A stretch of DNA of 63,546 nt, filler included, from Intoshia linei (lineage: Eukaryota; Animalia; Orthonectida): NCBI GenBank assembly GCA_001642005.1. It is 4 parts of 4 records of this genome, joined end to end, with 100 filler letters (N's around TTAATTAATTAA, not from the genome) between each part and the next. Parts side by side here need not be neighbours in the genome. Positions count along the whole stretch, not along the records: positions 24,560 to 52,961 come from LWCA01000412.1; positions 53,062 to 63,546 come from LWCA01001290.1; 2 more parts are not named here. The stretch is one strand, 5' to 3'. The notes under the pieces were generated by a model. It ran no database searches, was not told the DNA's origin, and worked only from the letters and a program-made list of their open reading frames with translations. Position 1 is the stretch's first letter. Each line of letters starts with the position of its first letter. Of the stretch, positions 48,801 through 61,634 are shown piece after piece. The position numbers were made by a program, and so were the translations under genes.

Positions 48801-49853
48801 CTTGAGGGAATTTAAAGAAGCTTTTAAGCCATATGATGTAAAAGATGTTCTCGATCAATATAACGTTGGAAACGCCGATTTAACACAGAAAATTAAAAAT
48901 TTACAAAATGGGTAAGATTAAATTAAGGTACATGTATTTTTGTTATTTAGAATATTTGATCTTCAGTATGCAAATGATTTCATGTTTGAATATATGATGC
49001 AGGAAAATATGAAAATTTTAACCAAAGTAAATTTTAATCTAATCACGTATATATTTACTAAGTAGGAGCACAACTGCACCTTTTCATGTCCAGAAATGGA
49101 AAGAATATTTATATTTATAACAATTTAAAATGTTATCACAACCTGATTTTTAAAGGGGCTTCATAAGTAGAGGTTGTTAACCATTAAATTTCCACCTTGA
49201 TTGATACCAATATCGATAAATTAAACCCTTGGACACTTTGATTGTTTTTTTACATGAAATTATACAAAAGCTATTATTAAACTAAATGTCAAAAATTTAA
49301 ATAGTTAAAGTAAAAATAAACTAGCTACAGAATAAACACGCCTCTATCAAAAAGCCTTTCATAACAAAACGTTTTCAAATGGAATGTTGACACTTTAATA
49401 TTTAAAACAAGCAATTAAATTTACAAGCAAAAATAGCATGTTGTCAGTTTATATTATTTTATTTGAATTAAAAAAATTAAAAATAATAGTTAAATGGGCA
49501 TGTTTATAGTCTTAGGCTAAGATTGAAATCTCATTCTGTACTTCCATTTTATATATTCTGTAATTTTTAAAATCTCATTTTGTACTTACATTTCATTTAT
49601 CTTGTCATATTAAAATCTCACATAAGATATTTTGTGTCTAAGGGTTAATGAAAACAAACTTTCTCCAATGTACCAATAACGCATTACAAAACTTACATTT
49701 AATTAATATTTTACTTTTTAGTTTAAAGAAATGAACGATAAAATTACAATATTAACAAATACCGTACTTTTTCCAATGCATTTTAACCAAACTATGATTA
49801 TTCCAAAAACCAACAAATCCAGAATTAAATTAAATAAATCACAATCTCAATGA
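42859..49853 (+). CDS. KCNQ: KCNQ (Kv7) voltage-gated potassium channel (multi-exon; start uncertain)
   Basis: Motifs [22 protein letters not shown]4 [27 protein letters not shown], pore [38 protein letters not shown] and [12 protein letters not shown]. Stop TGA at 49851-49853. Confidence 0.95.
44952..45148. mobile_element. Buster-type hAT MITE
   Basis: Ends CAGTAGTAATCAACC and GGTTGAAAACCACTG; TSD GTTTAGCT/ATCTAGCT. Confidence 0.75.
45368..46131. mobile_element. TIR-bounded non-autonomous element
   Basis: TAGCGACATACCACTAAGCGGACCA at the left is mirrored by TGGTCCGCTTAATGTGTCGCTA at the right. Confidence 0.6.
46492..46672. mobile_element. Tc1/pogo-type MITE
   Basis: TA|CAGTGAACACTTCACTATCCGCC ... 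GGCGTATAGTGTATGTTCCATTG|TA. Confidence 0.55.
48129..48672 (-). mobile_element. Helitron family copy (internally deleted) in a KCNQ intron
   Basis: Reverse complement of the hairpin-plus-CTAG end at 48129; the body matches 39150-39480 in inverted orientation. Confidence 0.8.
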
Positions 49854-50231
49854 ATTTTCTCAGAATATATTAAATGAAAAAATATATACATGTCAATGAT
49901 TTTATCAATATAAATAAATTTTTATATATACGATTTGAACTCACATATAGAAAGGTACCTTTTCCATCACTGTAAATATGTTTGGAACAAAATCTTCCGC
50001 AAGTTTTCGATTTGGTTTAATTGCAGGCTGGTCATTGATTTTTTGAGCCTTATAATAGATACTTTGTTTTTTTGAAATGTGGTACATTTTTTATAATTTG
50101 TAAATAATCCTTAAACACCTCTAAGTACATAGTGGTTTAGTGCGTTCTCTCTTCGAGTTCATGCATTCTGTCAAACTCGTATTGTAAAGTAAAAATTATG
50201 CACTTGACATGTAAATAGCTAATATACAAAA

Positions 50232-50700
50232 CTAGGTTGACTGTTATATACTACGTACAAACAGGACCTAGCTCTGGTGAGGGCACATTTTTGTTATACT
50301 TAAATAATAAATTCACGTTGAAAATCTAATTTAAAAATCCTACTATTCACTATTATCAATCCTTTAAAGGAGTGGTTCCCAAAATTGTTTCAAATAGAAC
50401 CATCATATCACATTTTTTTTACCATAAAGTGAATTATTCCATGTTAATTTTTTGTTTGTTAACATTTGCGTAAAGAATTTTAAAAAAAATTTTTATCGCA
50501 TTTTTTTAATTTATTAGACAGATTGTATGTATAATAAAGTAAAAACAGTCGAATCCTAAAAATTGTCATAAATAGCATAAATTCCAGAAAAAATAAAATT
50601 ATAAACTATTTTGTTATTTTGAGTGTGATGATATATATTCAGAACCAATTTAATAAATAGTTAAAAATACCAATTATGTATCAATAATTAACCGAATCTA
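50232..50700 (-). mobile_element. Helitron family copy (3' part)
   Basis: A|CTAGGTTGACTGTTATATACTACGTACAAACAG; inverted match to 39820-40300. Confidence 0.8.
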
Positions 50701-50825
50701 ATTAATTACGGACTAATGTAATTATAATTTTACAGTATAACTACTTTAATTTATAAAATGTAAATATTTTACATTTTTTTATATACAATACAGTGATATC
50801 TCGATATAGTCACGTTCGATTAATC

Positions 50826-51395
50826 CAGTGATTCCCAACGTGAGGCTTGTGAATATTTGGTTGGGCTTTAAAAATTTTAGAAAACAAAATAATTGATTAG
50901 TTATCAATGATTTTCTATTGTTAAAAATTCATTGATAAGCTTAATTTTTATTAAAATTTATATATATTTTTAGAAGTATTTTTACATGCGTTTTTGATTA
51001 CAATGATAATCAGTGATCATTGACCATATCACATTTAACTTTAAAGTTATAACTTATAACTACTATTGGAACACAGTGGTAAACTTTACCAGGTAAAGTT
51101 ACAGCAATGATAATTTTTGAACAAGATAAACTAAAATTTGGTAAATTCGCATATTTATGATAAACTAAAAATGTTTACACCACTCTCAAAAATCACAAAT
51201 TAATTCTGTATATTATATGTTATATTTAAATATATTAAATTTTAATTTTACCCTGTTTTATGCGTAGTAATATATAAACATAAAAAAAATCTATTAGGAC
51301 ACCACATGGAAATATTTGTTATAAATTATGGTGGGGCGTAAAAATTTTGTAAGGATAAAAGTAGGGCATGACACTTAAAAGGTTGGGAAACACTG
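50826..51395. mobile_element. Buster-type hAT MITE
   Basis: Ends CAGTGATTCCCAAC and GTTGGGAAACACTG; TSD GATTAATC/GATTACTC. Confidence 0.8.
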
Positions 51396-51775
51396 GATTA
51401 CTCCAATTTTAATTTATTTGGAATTAACCCTTACGAGACAATAACACGTATACATGCAAAAATAAAACGGTATATATATCAATTGTGAACAAATTACAGC
51501 TCATCGTAACTAACATTTATATACTATTTTTTTGAACTTTTTGTTTGAAACACAGTGGAGTATTTTTATAATAAAATAATTAACTCTAAATTTACATAAA
51601 TATTTATTAAAAATTAATGTAAATAATTGATTCGCATCTCAATAACCTGAAGCCCTTTTTAAGAACAAATTTGACGATATTTATAAGTTTTTATAAATGT
51701 ATGCATGCAATTAAAATTTCCTAAAACGTGCAAAGTAAAATATCCAATATAAAATTTATACTCTATGGTATAAAA

Positions 51776-52030
51776 CAGGGATGGGCAACTTTCTGTGATA
51801 GCGGGCCGGATTTTTATATAAAATAGATAAGTGGGCCGGACAAATAAATTTTAAGAATTTTTGGTTTGAATATATTTATTTTAAATTTTTATTATACAAA
51901 AGTAAAATAAAAGTTTTTATGACAAATGTCATTATATCGTTAAGTTTCATCGATTTTCCACATAATTCTTCTTGATAAATTATACAATGAAAGGTTTTAA
52001 TCTTTCTTTTCAAAATCTGCTCAAGAATGT
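51776..52030 (-). mobile_element. hAT transposase fragment with one terminus
   Basis: Terminus CAGGGATGGGCAAC at 51776. The minus strand encodes TFHCIIYQEELCGKSMKLNDIM, the HCIIHQEALC motif of Buster-type transposases. Confidence 0.7.
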
Positions 52031-53369
52031 GCCAAAAAATAGTCAAAAACAGTGGCCCTAGTCAGTACAAATTTAATAAATACGTAAAAATACCAATTAT
52101 GTATCAATAATTAAGGAAATCAACATATTTCAAGTGAATTTTACCAATATTGCAAAGGATTGTAATAAATATAAAAATGATAATAACAAAGTTATATTAC
52201 TTTTAGTTGTTGTAGTTTTAATTTAAATTATAAACAACACGATAACAAATAAACGATAACACATACACACACAAACAAACATTGCACAGCATACATACAT
52301 TAACCTGTGTCCAAAAACAGCTTTTTTTGAGTAAACAGAAAGTAGCCCACGGAAAAAGATGAGTAATTTTGTGTATGTTACGAATATGCTTTTTAAAATT
52401 TTTGAAATCAAACAAGACCACCCACTTTTGCTAAAAATGAAAATATTTTGAAAATTGATATTAAACCAAAAATTTTGGCTATTAAATTAAATAATTTGTA
52501 TTGTGTTTACATTTATAATGTGAAGAAATTGTTCTCTATCACATAAAATTTTAAAAATGACCCACCTATTGACAGAAATAGTCCTAATATTGACTAAACA
52601 ATAGAGTTGAAAAAATAAAATTGAAACAACAGAAAAAACTATAAATTGATATAAAAAGTAGATTTTATAAAGAATATATTTATGAATATATATTACAGTA
52701 GTTTAATCTTATTCGATGGTCATTAAAATATCTAATCAAAACTTGTTCCAAATTTTTAATGAATTTTGAGTGGTATATTTTTTTATTGGCCATTCTAAAT
52801 ACCCTCTCCGCCAATTCATTTGTTGAAGGGTTAACATTAAAATCTGAAAAATTATTCTTGATAAAAAAATTTTTGGAGGCATACACAAATGATGTCGCAA
52901 TTAATAAGATTGTTCCAATTTATAAATGATCTAACACCAAACCATTCAATTGACCAATACTNNNNNNNNNNNNNNNNNNNNNNNNNNNNNNNNNNNNNNN
53001 NNNNNTTAATTAATTAANNNNNNNNNNNNNNNNNNNNNNNNNNNNNNNNNNNNNNNNNNNNTAATATTTTTAAGAAAATTGTTATATATTAGTTACTGTG
53101 AGCGATATATTGTTCGAAAATTTAGAGGCGATGCCCCAGGGTTATATTGATATTTATTGTTATATCGATAATCGATTTTTGATCTTTTGTAGTCTGGAGA
53201 CCTTGAAATTGGTTTGTTGCCGTTTAAACGGTCATTAGGTGTTCTATTGCGATTGCTAGGCGTAGTATTTGGAGTGGTCTGTCTTTCGGTTTCTAACTTG
53301 AAATCGTCTTTAAACGTGGAATTTGTTATATTATTTCCCAGATAATCAGATACTAAAAAAATATTAGTA

Positions 53370-53766
53370 AAAGGAGATTTTTCAAATTTTTTTGAAATCA
53401 GGTTTTTCTTATTGAGTCAGTCAAAAGAATTATTGATCTAAAAATTTGGTAAAATGGGATTTTTCATAAAAATATTGGTAAAAGCGAATTTTTTTCGTTA
53501 AGGATTAGTAAAATTTGGTTTTTTCTTTTGGAATCAGATAGGGTAGTTTTTATTCCAAAACTTTGGTAAAAATGGATTTTTAAAAAAAATATTGGTAAAA
53601 AAGGATTTCTTCTTTAAGGGTTGGTAAAATTTTGGTTTTTTTTCATAAGATTATATTAAATTAAATGATTTAATGAAATATGTTGAAAATTGTAAATTTG
53701 CCTACAATCATCTAAATTTTCGTATTCACCCCTTGGGGTGACCAGTCACCCCCATAAGAAGCACTG
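53370..53766 (-). mobile_element. hAT-type MITE fragment (same family as 3142)
   Basis: Inverted match to 3142-3480; ends CATAAGAAGCACTG. Confidence 0.7.
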
Positions 53767-54235
53767 CATTAATCTTACTATTGCTATTTATTCCAATTCA
53801 GATAAATAACAAATATGATGTTAATTTATATGAGTGAATTAAGGATTAATTTTAATTGAAAATTATTAATTAAAACTAGTTCATATTAAAATTTAAAGAA
53901 AACTATTTTATTAGACATAAAATTTAGGTCCAGAGTAAACTTTCTCAATGTCGAAGTAAATTTTGTGGGGTCGTAGTATCAATGAGAAAAGTAGCATTGT
54001 GGCTGAATTGGTGGAAAGGTTGTGCACATGTGGATTAAATACTCTAATTTTAAATGTAAACATGTCATGTCTAACATTTCTAGCAAAATTGTTAATTAAA
54101 AATATATCTATTTCTTATTTAACATTAATAAAGATTTAAAATAAAGTTTTAAAATGAGAAAATAAAAATGAAATACCAATCGAAATCTTTTATTTGATTA
54201 ATAAATTTTTCAATTCATTTATTTTATTATGACAG

Positions 54236-57200
54236 AAATTACTTTAAACGAAAAGAAAATGTCCAAGGTGGCATATAATACACGAAAGTTCATCATTGGT
54301 AGTGAAAATATACAAGTTGATTATAAAGTCTACACGTGCATTTTTATTGTATCGGTATGTTCAATATTGATGGCACATTTAGGTTGCATTATTTCATAAT
54401 TTATATCACGTATACATTTTTTGTAAATTAAAGCTTAATGAGTAGGAAAGACTGAACCTACTGTATCCGATACGCGTCGCAGGGTCCCAACGAAATTTAT
54501 GTAAAATGTAGGAATACTTTTCCCAAATTAAGCATTCAAAAATTACATTTTTTAATATAACTGTTTTGTCAGTCAAATCTAAACTGTCAATCCCAAACAC
54601 TTGAAGATGTTGATATGGTCATATGACATAAGAGATACGTTTTAGGTGCCTATTCTGATTATTCGAATGGGGATTCGAGCATGGTAGGTTCGACTCTGAA
54701 CTAGGGGTCAAATTTTTAAAAAATTGATGTAATGATTTAATGACCCATTATAGCAAGATGGGTATTTCTCAAATATAAATTTTATGAAGAAAGTTTACTT
54801 AGAAAACTAGAATCAATAAATTCAATCATTGAAGTAAGCTTGACCATTTTAAAATTTAAATATGACAATTTTATATATGAAAATTACATATAAAAATTGA
54901 AATTGAACTTTACTGGTAGATAACTTTAGCATTGTCAACATAATAATGGTAAAACTTTACATGTTGAAACCTGTGTTCAGTTGTACAATTTAGATGAGAG
55001 TTTCTCAACTTTTTTTTCATTAGGCGTACATTAGGGTGTTACATTTTTTCAATTTTAGAATTCGATGGGCAATTAGCACTAAAAGTGTGTATTATTAAAA
55101 TAGAAAAACTAATTCGTAATCAAAAACATTTAACGCTATCTATTCGAGTTGCGTTTGTCATTTTAAATACGACTTTGAAAATATGGAGAATTTAAAACCG
55201 AATTTATATTAACAGAAATTGGCGTTTGAGCTTTTAAACGTGGTACCGACTTTATAATATTGTTTTCCATGTTTAGTTATACAGTTTATTTGTTTTTAGC
55301 TCAATTTAATTGACTAACGATTAAACGATTTAATTTCTCGAATTCTGGCTATTTAAATTATTTAAATTTATTCAATGCGTAATATGCATTGCATATAATT
55401 TAGCAGATATGCCTATTTATAACCTTGTAATTTCATATCACATTTTGAAGGGAAATTTGAATATTATATCTGTTAACAAATTATTGTGAGGGTTGCCCAA
55501 TACAATTTTAATTACCATATTTCAAGCTTTTTTAATAATAATTTTTTAGCAAATATTTTTTAATAAACATTTTATATTTTTTGGGTGCTTTCTAAAAATC
55601 CTTACTATAATCTAAGATTTTACTAGGAAAAGCTGCAAATTTAAGAATAAAGGTTGTATCGTACAGAAAAACAAAAAATCTGATGTAACTGACCCTGTCT
55701 GAAATACTATGTACCTCGTTTTAGGTCACTACATATATAAAAAATTTGCTTCCATACTCTTTCATGCATTTATATTATTAAATTATTTTTTTATTGACAA
55801 TTGACAGTGAACTATTAAAAATCAATATAAGAATGTATTCTTTTAATATAAAAATTTAAAATTCGCATTGAAATTTAAATGTTAATTCATTTTTCATTGC
55901 AGTAATTCAGGTAATACATAAATAACATAATCATAATAACAAAAAAAAATTAAATCGTGATAATCAAGGATAACCTGTATTTAATTTATTATATTTAGCT
56001 ATCTTACTCTTATTCCTATTATTATTCAAGTTTCTTTACAGCAGAGCATATAGCAGTAATACTACATTTTAACTATTATTTTATATAAAATTGTTGTCGA
56101 TATAAATCACAACTATTCATATAATTTAAACTACCATTTTTAGTTTTAACTTATTATAAATGTTATAAATAACATGAATTCCAGAAAAGTAAAATAATTT
56201 AAATAATCCTAAAAACCAATTTATTGATAAAAAATTGAATAGATAAATTTATCGAATCAGGTTATCAATTGCCGGCACTAGACAGAACATTGGCACTTTA
56301 TACCTGTTAGTTTTATTCCGTCTATTTCAAATCCATTTGGCTATAATTTTACAACATTGTACATTTTTGATAAAATAAATGTTAACGGTTTAGACATATT
56401 AACAAATATAGTAAATTAAATTTTTCAAACTTGTAAAAGTGTGTAATAATATTAAATTTCTTCATAAATGAAAATGTAATAAAATACAATTAATTGAAAT
56501 AAGATTAATCGAAGAAAACAAGATTAACACGATTAACGGTTAATTGTATTTAATTTAATAATATTACGGACAGAAATAAATTAAAGAAAGTAGAAAAATT
56601 TTTCAATATTATTTTATAAAAAATGACATAATAGACTTTTATTAAATATATAATATAATTCATTATATTATACACAAAATTGTATATATTAGAGCAGGAG
56701 TTTTCAACTTTTTTAAACTAACGCCCACGTTCCACCATAATACATACATTTCTGAATCAGCGCCCCTATGATTAAATGAACTATAATTTTTATCAAATTA
56801 ATAATAATGGAAAAAAAGGTAAATAATTTTTTTTTTATTTCTTTGTGATCCTAACTATCCTAACTACCAACTTTTTAATTCTTGGTTTTGTGCTGGTTAA
56901 TTTGATAAAACTATCTCCTCTTTGACACATATGAATTTTGATTATATCTTTATTAAATATTTTGTTTACAGAATAGAATCCACTTTCAATCATGTAAGAA
57001 ATGTCGTGTCATGTTGGAAAACACAATAGTATCCTTGACATTGCATAAAACATCAATGGGTAAAGACATTTTGAAGGCTTACATCCCATAATATTAAATA
57101 CATAATGGAAAAATATTTTATGTCGACAATATCAAAAATAATTTATTTGACATTTTTAATAATATTGGTTGCAAAGCCCCTAAATTTTGAAAACTCCTCT

Positions 57201-60200
57201 GGGGCGCTAATGCCCACGTTGAAAACCACTGTATTAGGGTGTTTCACATTTTCAAAAATTTCAGATTTTGCAAGAACGTTAGTACAAAAAATGATTAAAT
57301 TAAAATGGAAATGAGTTTATAATGTAAAATTTCATAATAAAGTCTAAGTCTTTATTAACGGATTAATTATTATTAATATGGAAATTTCCGTATAGTAATA
57401 CCCTTGTTAACGGAATTCAATTTTTTTAAATAAAAACTTTTACATGGTCCTTTTTGTAGTTATGAGTTTTGGAATAATAAATGACCAAGTAATGTACAAA
57501 AAACATTATGAAGTGGTCTATGTGGACTCCTAGTGTCCACAGCAGTTTATTGGGGTCCATCAAAAATTTTAAATTATTTACAGATATAAAATAAAGTTAA
57601 AAATAATATTTTCGCAATGATAGTAATTAAAAATCGATTCTAGAGCTTTAGAGATAAAATTTTTATTAATGGAATTTTTAATAAGTTATATAAAATACAA
57701 GATAAGTATATTAAATTTATCCTTATATTTTTGTAAGAATTTTAATAATTACATTTGGGGTGAGGGGGAGAAGTAAATATTATTCCATTTCATTTTTTTG
57801 AAAATAAATGCTTAAAATTAAAAAAGGCATCGCAATGTGAAATGGAGATGAGGCAAAAATGACTGGCTGTGATTCCATATAATGATAAGGACTCTACACT
57901 AAACGTTAATACTATCAAGCAGTCAATATTTGTGAAGTCAATATCTTATATAGTTTTGGAATACACAGCACTACCAAATCACACTAAAAATAGTATTGTT
58001 AACAATGCTACAGGAATCCACGTGAAAAATAGGTTTTTCTAATAAAAAAATGGAAACCCTAATGTATATATACGTAATGTATATATTATAGTGATAATAT
58101 TTATATATATGTATATATACATTATATATACATTGTATAATAATAATTGATATAATATCACATTTGTTAATTAATATTATAATATAAATAGTACATTACA
58201 AATGATGAATCTACGGTTGGTCATTATTTTGGTATTCTGAATGCAACTTTCTATTTTGGTCAACTGTTATCAAGGTTTGATTAATTCATAATTTATTTAA
58301 AAAAATTTAGTTACCTATGGGGATATTTGTATGATAAATTCCAATTAAAAAAAATTATCACGCTAGCATACGTATTGACTGCAGTAGCAACATTTTCATA
58401 TGGATTCTGCAATAATATATATTATTTATGTCTTATGAAATTGATATTGGGATTGGTAAATGGTAATATTATGTATTATCAGTGAAGCGTATCTCCTGTC
58501 ATGCAATTTTTTTAATTTATTTGCAACTTTTCATGAAAATAATTTTTAATTATTATTCAATATTTCAGAATTATTAAAATCGTGGAACTTTTTTTCGGGT
58601 AACGTTGCATTTATCATATTTATGCAACTTTTTTTTGTTCTCATCACTACTTAAACTCCTTTGGTTTTTTTAATTAAAATATTTTGTAATTATTTAAATT
58701 AAATATAGTATAATATCATTACTACTAATGTCAAATTTAATCTGTGACCACAAAAATTATTGTATACATTATGACAGAGCTTTCAATTATGTTGAGTTAT
58801 TTTTGAAAAAAATATGCAAATTTCATTGTTGAGTGTGTGAAACGTATATACATTGTATATTATACATGCAAATTATTATATAATTTCTACGTCACTTTTT
58901 TGAGTTAATATCAGGGTTAATTATAAGCTACCATGTACATACAGAGCCGTTGACAGAGGGACTAGGCGCCTTATGGGCCGGACCTACAATCTTTAATGAC
59001 CAAATATTTTGATTTATTAATAGGTAATGTTGGAAAACTTATTAAGTTTATCAAAATTATGATGACCAATGCGATTTGCAACTGCAATTTTTGATTTTTA
59101 GCCGATAAACGATCGTTAAACAATGTATAATTTATCAAACAACAAATGTCTAAGTTTAAAAAAATATTTTATAGGGAGCCTAAAATTTCCATGTGGTCCG
59201 AACCTACTGCTGTATTTCCACGGCGTTATATACAGGTGCATGTACAGCAATGCATATTAGGGCTTCAAGCCTTGTAATATTGGACTAAGACTTAAATATT
59301 AAAATACAATGTGAGAGCGATAATAACTTTACATAAAATACAATTTTCTAGGTTTATTACATCTGTTCAAGTTTATGACATAGTATCCGAATCTACTGGG
59401 AAAAGATGTCTTTATAGAAACTTAAATGTTATCTTGTTTATTGAGAAATAGGCGTAGCATTGTAGAATGTAATTGTTCCAATGTTGGTTAGATTTTTGTA
59501 CACTTTTATCAAAAATTTTTTTAACACTCGTTGGTGAGCTGTTTTTTCGTTTGAAGTATTTTATAGAAATTAGTCAAATCATAATGAGATTCGAAGGGTG
59601 TGCGTCCTATAATTATAATTAATTCAACTGGGATGCATCTAGTAATTGGAACCGACTTAAAAAATCAGAGTCAATTCGAAGTTGACATTTTTTTTGTAGC
59701 TTTTGTTTGATTTTAAAATCTGTATTAGAGTGTATATTTTATTAAATTTTGGTAATCGTTTAATTTTTAATAAAATGATAATTGGGGTTTTTGATCAGGT
59801 AAGTGGTAAGTTTCTGAGATTGAAATTTATTATATTTTCTGCCGGAAAAATCTGTCTTGAAATTTGTGTATGTTCAAATTTTAGGACTCTTAGTTTTTGA
59901 AAAAAATTACTGATGAAAATTTGAATATAAAAATAAAAAAAAATAAATATTTTTCTGTTAATAAAATTTTATAAATTAGCCCCAATTTAATTTAATGACT
60001 TTGTATTTTTGTTCTTAGAAATAAGTTAACACCCAATTCCATATAGCTTGTTTTAAATATTACCTTAAATCTCATTTTAAAATAACGAATATTCCTCAAA
60101 GGGTTAATGTGGTAACATAATACAACATGTAAAAATAATAGTATTTTTAATATATGTTGACTTTATATTATAGGTTTAAATGTAATTTGCAAATCTTTGA

Positions 60201-61504
60201 TGCGTCCTTACTCAACATCCGACAATGAATCTTTTCATTCTTCAGCATTTACACCTGGAGGATGTCTGGGATTTTTCTTTTGTTCACTAATTACAGGTAC
60301 TACATTACTATGTATATTACTTGTATACTATACAAAGCAATGAGCCATTCATTAATATAATTGAAACATACATATTATGCATTGACAAATGTGAAATTGA
60401 CAACTGTGAATAATGTACATTGCCAGAATTGGAAAAATTAAATCGTTAATAAAACCCCCAAAAATTGAGCTAGAAACAAATTTAAAAAAATAAACTGTAT
60501 AACTAAACATTAATAATAATATTATAATGTCGGTACCACGTTTAAAAACTCAAACGCCAATTTCCGTTAAAATAAAGTTCAGTTTTAATTTCTCCATAAT
60601 ATTTTTAAAGTGATATTTAAAATGTCAAACGCAACTCAAATAGATAGCGTTAAATGTTTTTGATTGCGAATTAGTTTTTCTATTTTAAAAATACACACTT
60701 TTAGTGCTAATTGCCCTTGATTCTTTGATGGGTGTAATACCCTATTGTACAATGTACAATTACAAAGTGTAAACAGGTTAAATCGTCAATAATGACTTTG
60801 ATTTTAATCGGCTATAATTATAATTATTATGCATGTATTTTAATTTAAAATTTATTTTTCATAGCAACTAGTACAATTTCCAAAAAAGGACATCAAATAA
60901 CTTAAAATGAAGTACGGTATATCCTCCATTATTCGCCTGATATTTTAAATCTCTATTTTGGGCAAATAACGGAGGTTATACTGTAATTCATTTTAATGAT
61001 AGTGTATGATTTTCATCAATATTTTTTAATTTTTACGTTTTTTAAAATTCAAAATCAAAAAAATTTTAAAACTGAAACAACAAAACTAAATTTTAAATTG
61101 TACTTTTCTGCGTATGAGTTTTCTTTATAAATGGTTGGACACACGCACGGACAGACAGTTATATTTTTAGCAACAATTACTTACAAGTAAGTAAGGAATC
61201 CTTACTAAAGATATGATAAAATCTGAAATTTAGAATTCAATATTGACGAGATAACTTTATAAATAATAATGTTATATCATTAATAATATTACTCATCATA
61301 ATACTACACCATAAAGGCTTATATTGCTAAAAATACTTTTATTTTAGGATATGTTTCTAATCCTCTAAAATACTACGACTTTGATGAAAATAAATATTTA
61401 TTTTTGAAAATTTTTCCTTTTTGCTTGCCAGGAATAGCTGCCTCGGTTGTGTTACTTTTTTGTCTTGTGTTATTTTTATTCATTATACCTAAAAAGCCAA
61501 ATAG
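54236..61504 (+). CDS. MFS transporter, ZIFL/YCR023C-like (N-terminal half; start uncertain, 3' end beyond the window)
   Basis: Exons ~58192-58274, 58311-58462, 60174-60296 and 61348-61504 encode VGHYFGILNATFYFGQLLSSYLWGYLYDK, KLILGLVNGLNVICKS and GYVSNPLKYY...FLKIFPFCLPG, a pattern typical of ZIFL-like MFS carriers. Confidence 0.75.
55032..55262 (+). mobile_element. TAGGG-ended transposon terminus, with an inverted copy at 60518-60744
   Basis: About 200 bp from GGCAATTAGCACTAAAAGTGTG to GGTACCGAC recurs as the reverse complement, ending ...ATACCCTA at 60744. Confidence 0.8.
56695..57231. mobile_element. Buster-type hAT MITE
   Basis: Ends CAGGAGTTTTCAAC and GTTGAAAACCACTG; TSD TATTAGAG/TATTAGGG. 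Confidence 0.75.
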
Positions 61505-61634
61505 GTAAAGTATTTATTTTCTTTTATGATCTCATAGTAATGTTTAATTAAATTTACAGTTAATTTAATATGCTAATTATTGATTTATTATTTAAGGAAT
61601 TATTAAACCTTTTCATACGCATATTAATCTATTG

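Noticed and set aside
52680-52961. ORF containing STNELAERVFR
   Set aside because: Possibly a transposase remnant, but it is truncated by a gap and too short to assign.
53993-54045. tRNA-like A box (TGGCTGAATTGG)
   Set aside because: Too short, with no cloverleaf and only a degenerate B box.
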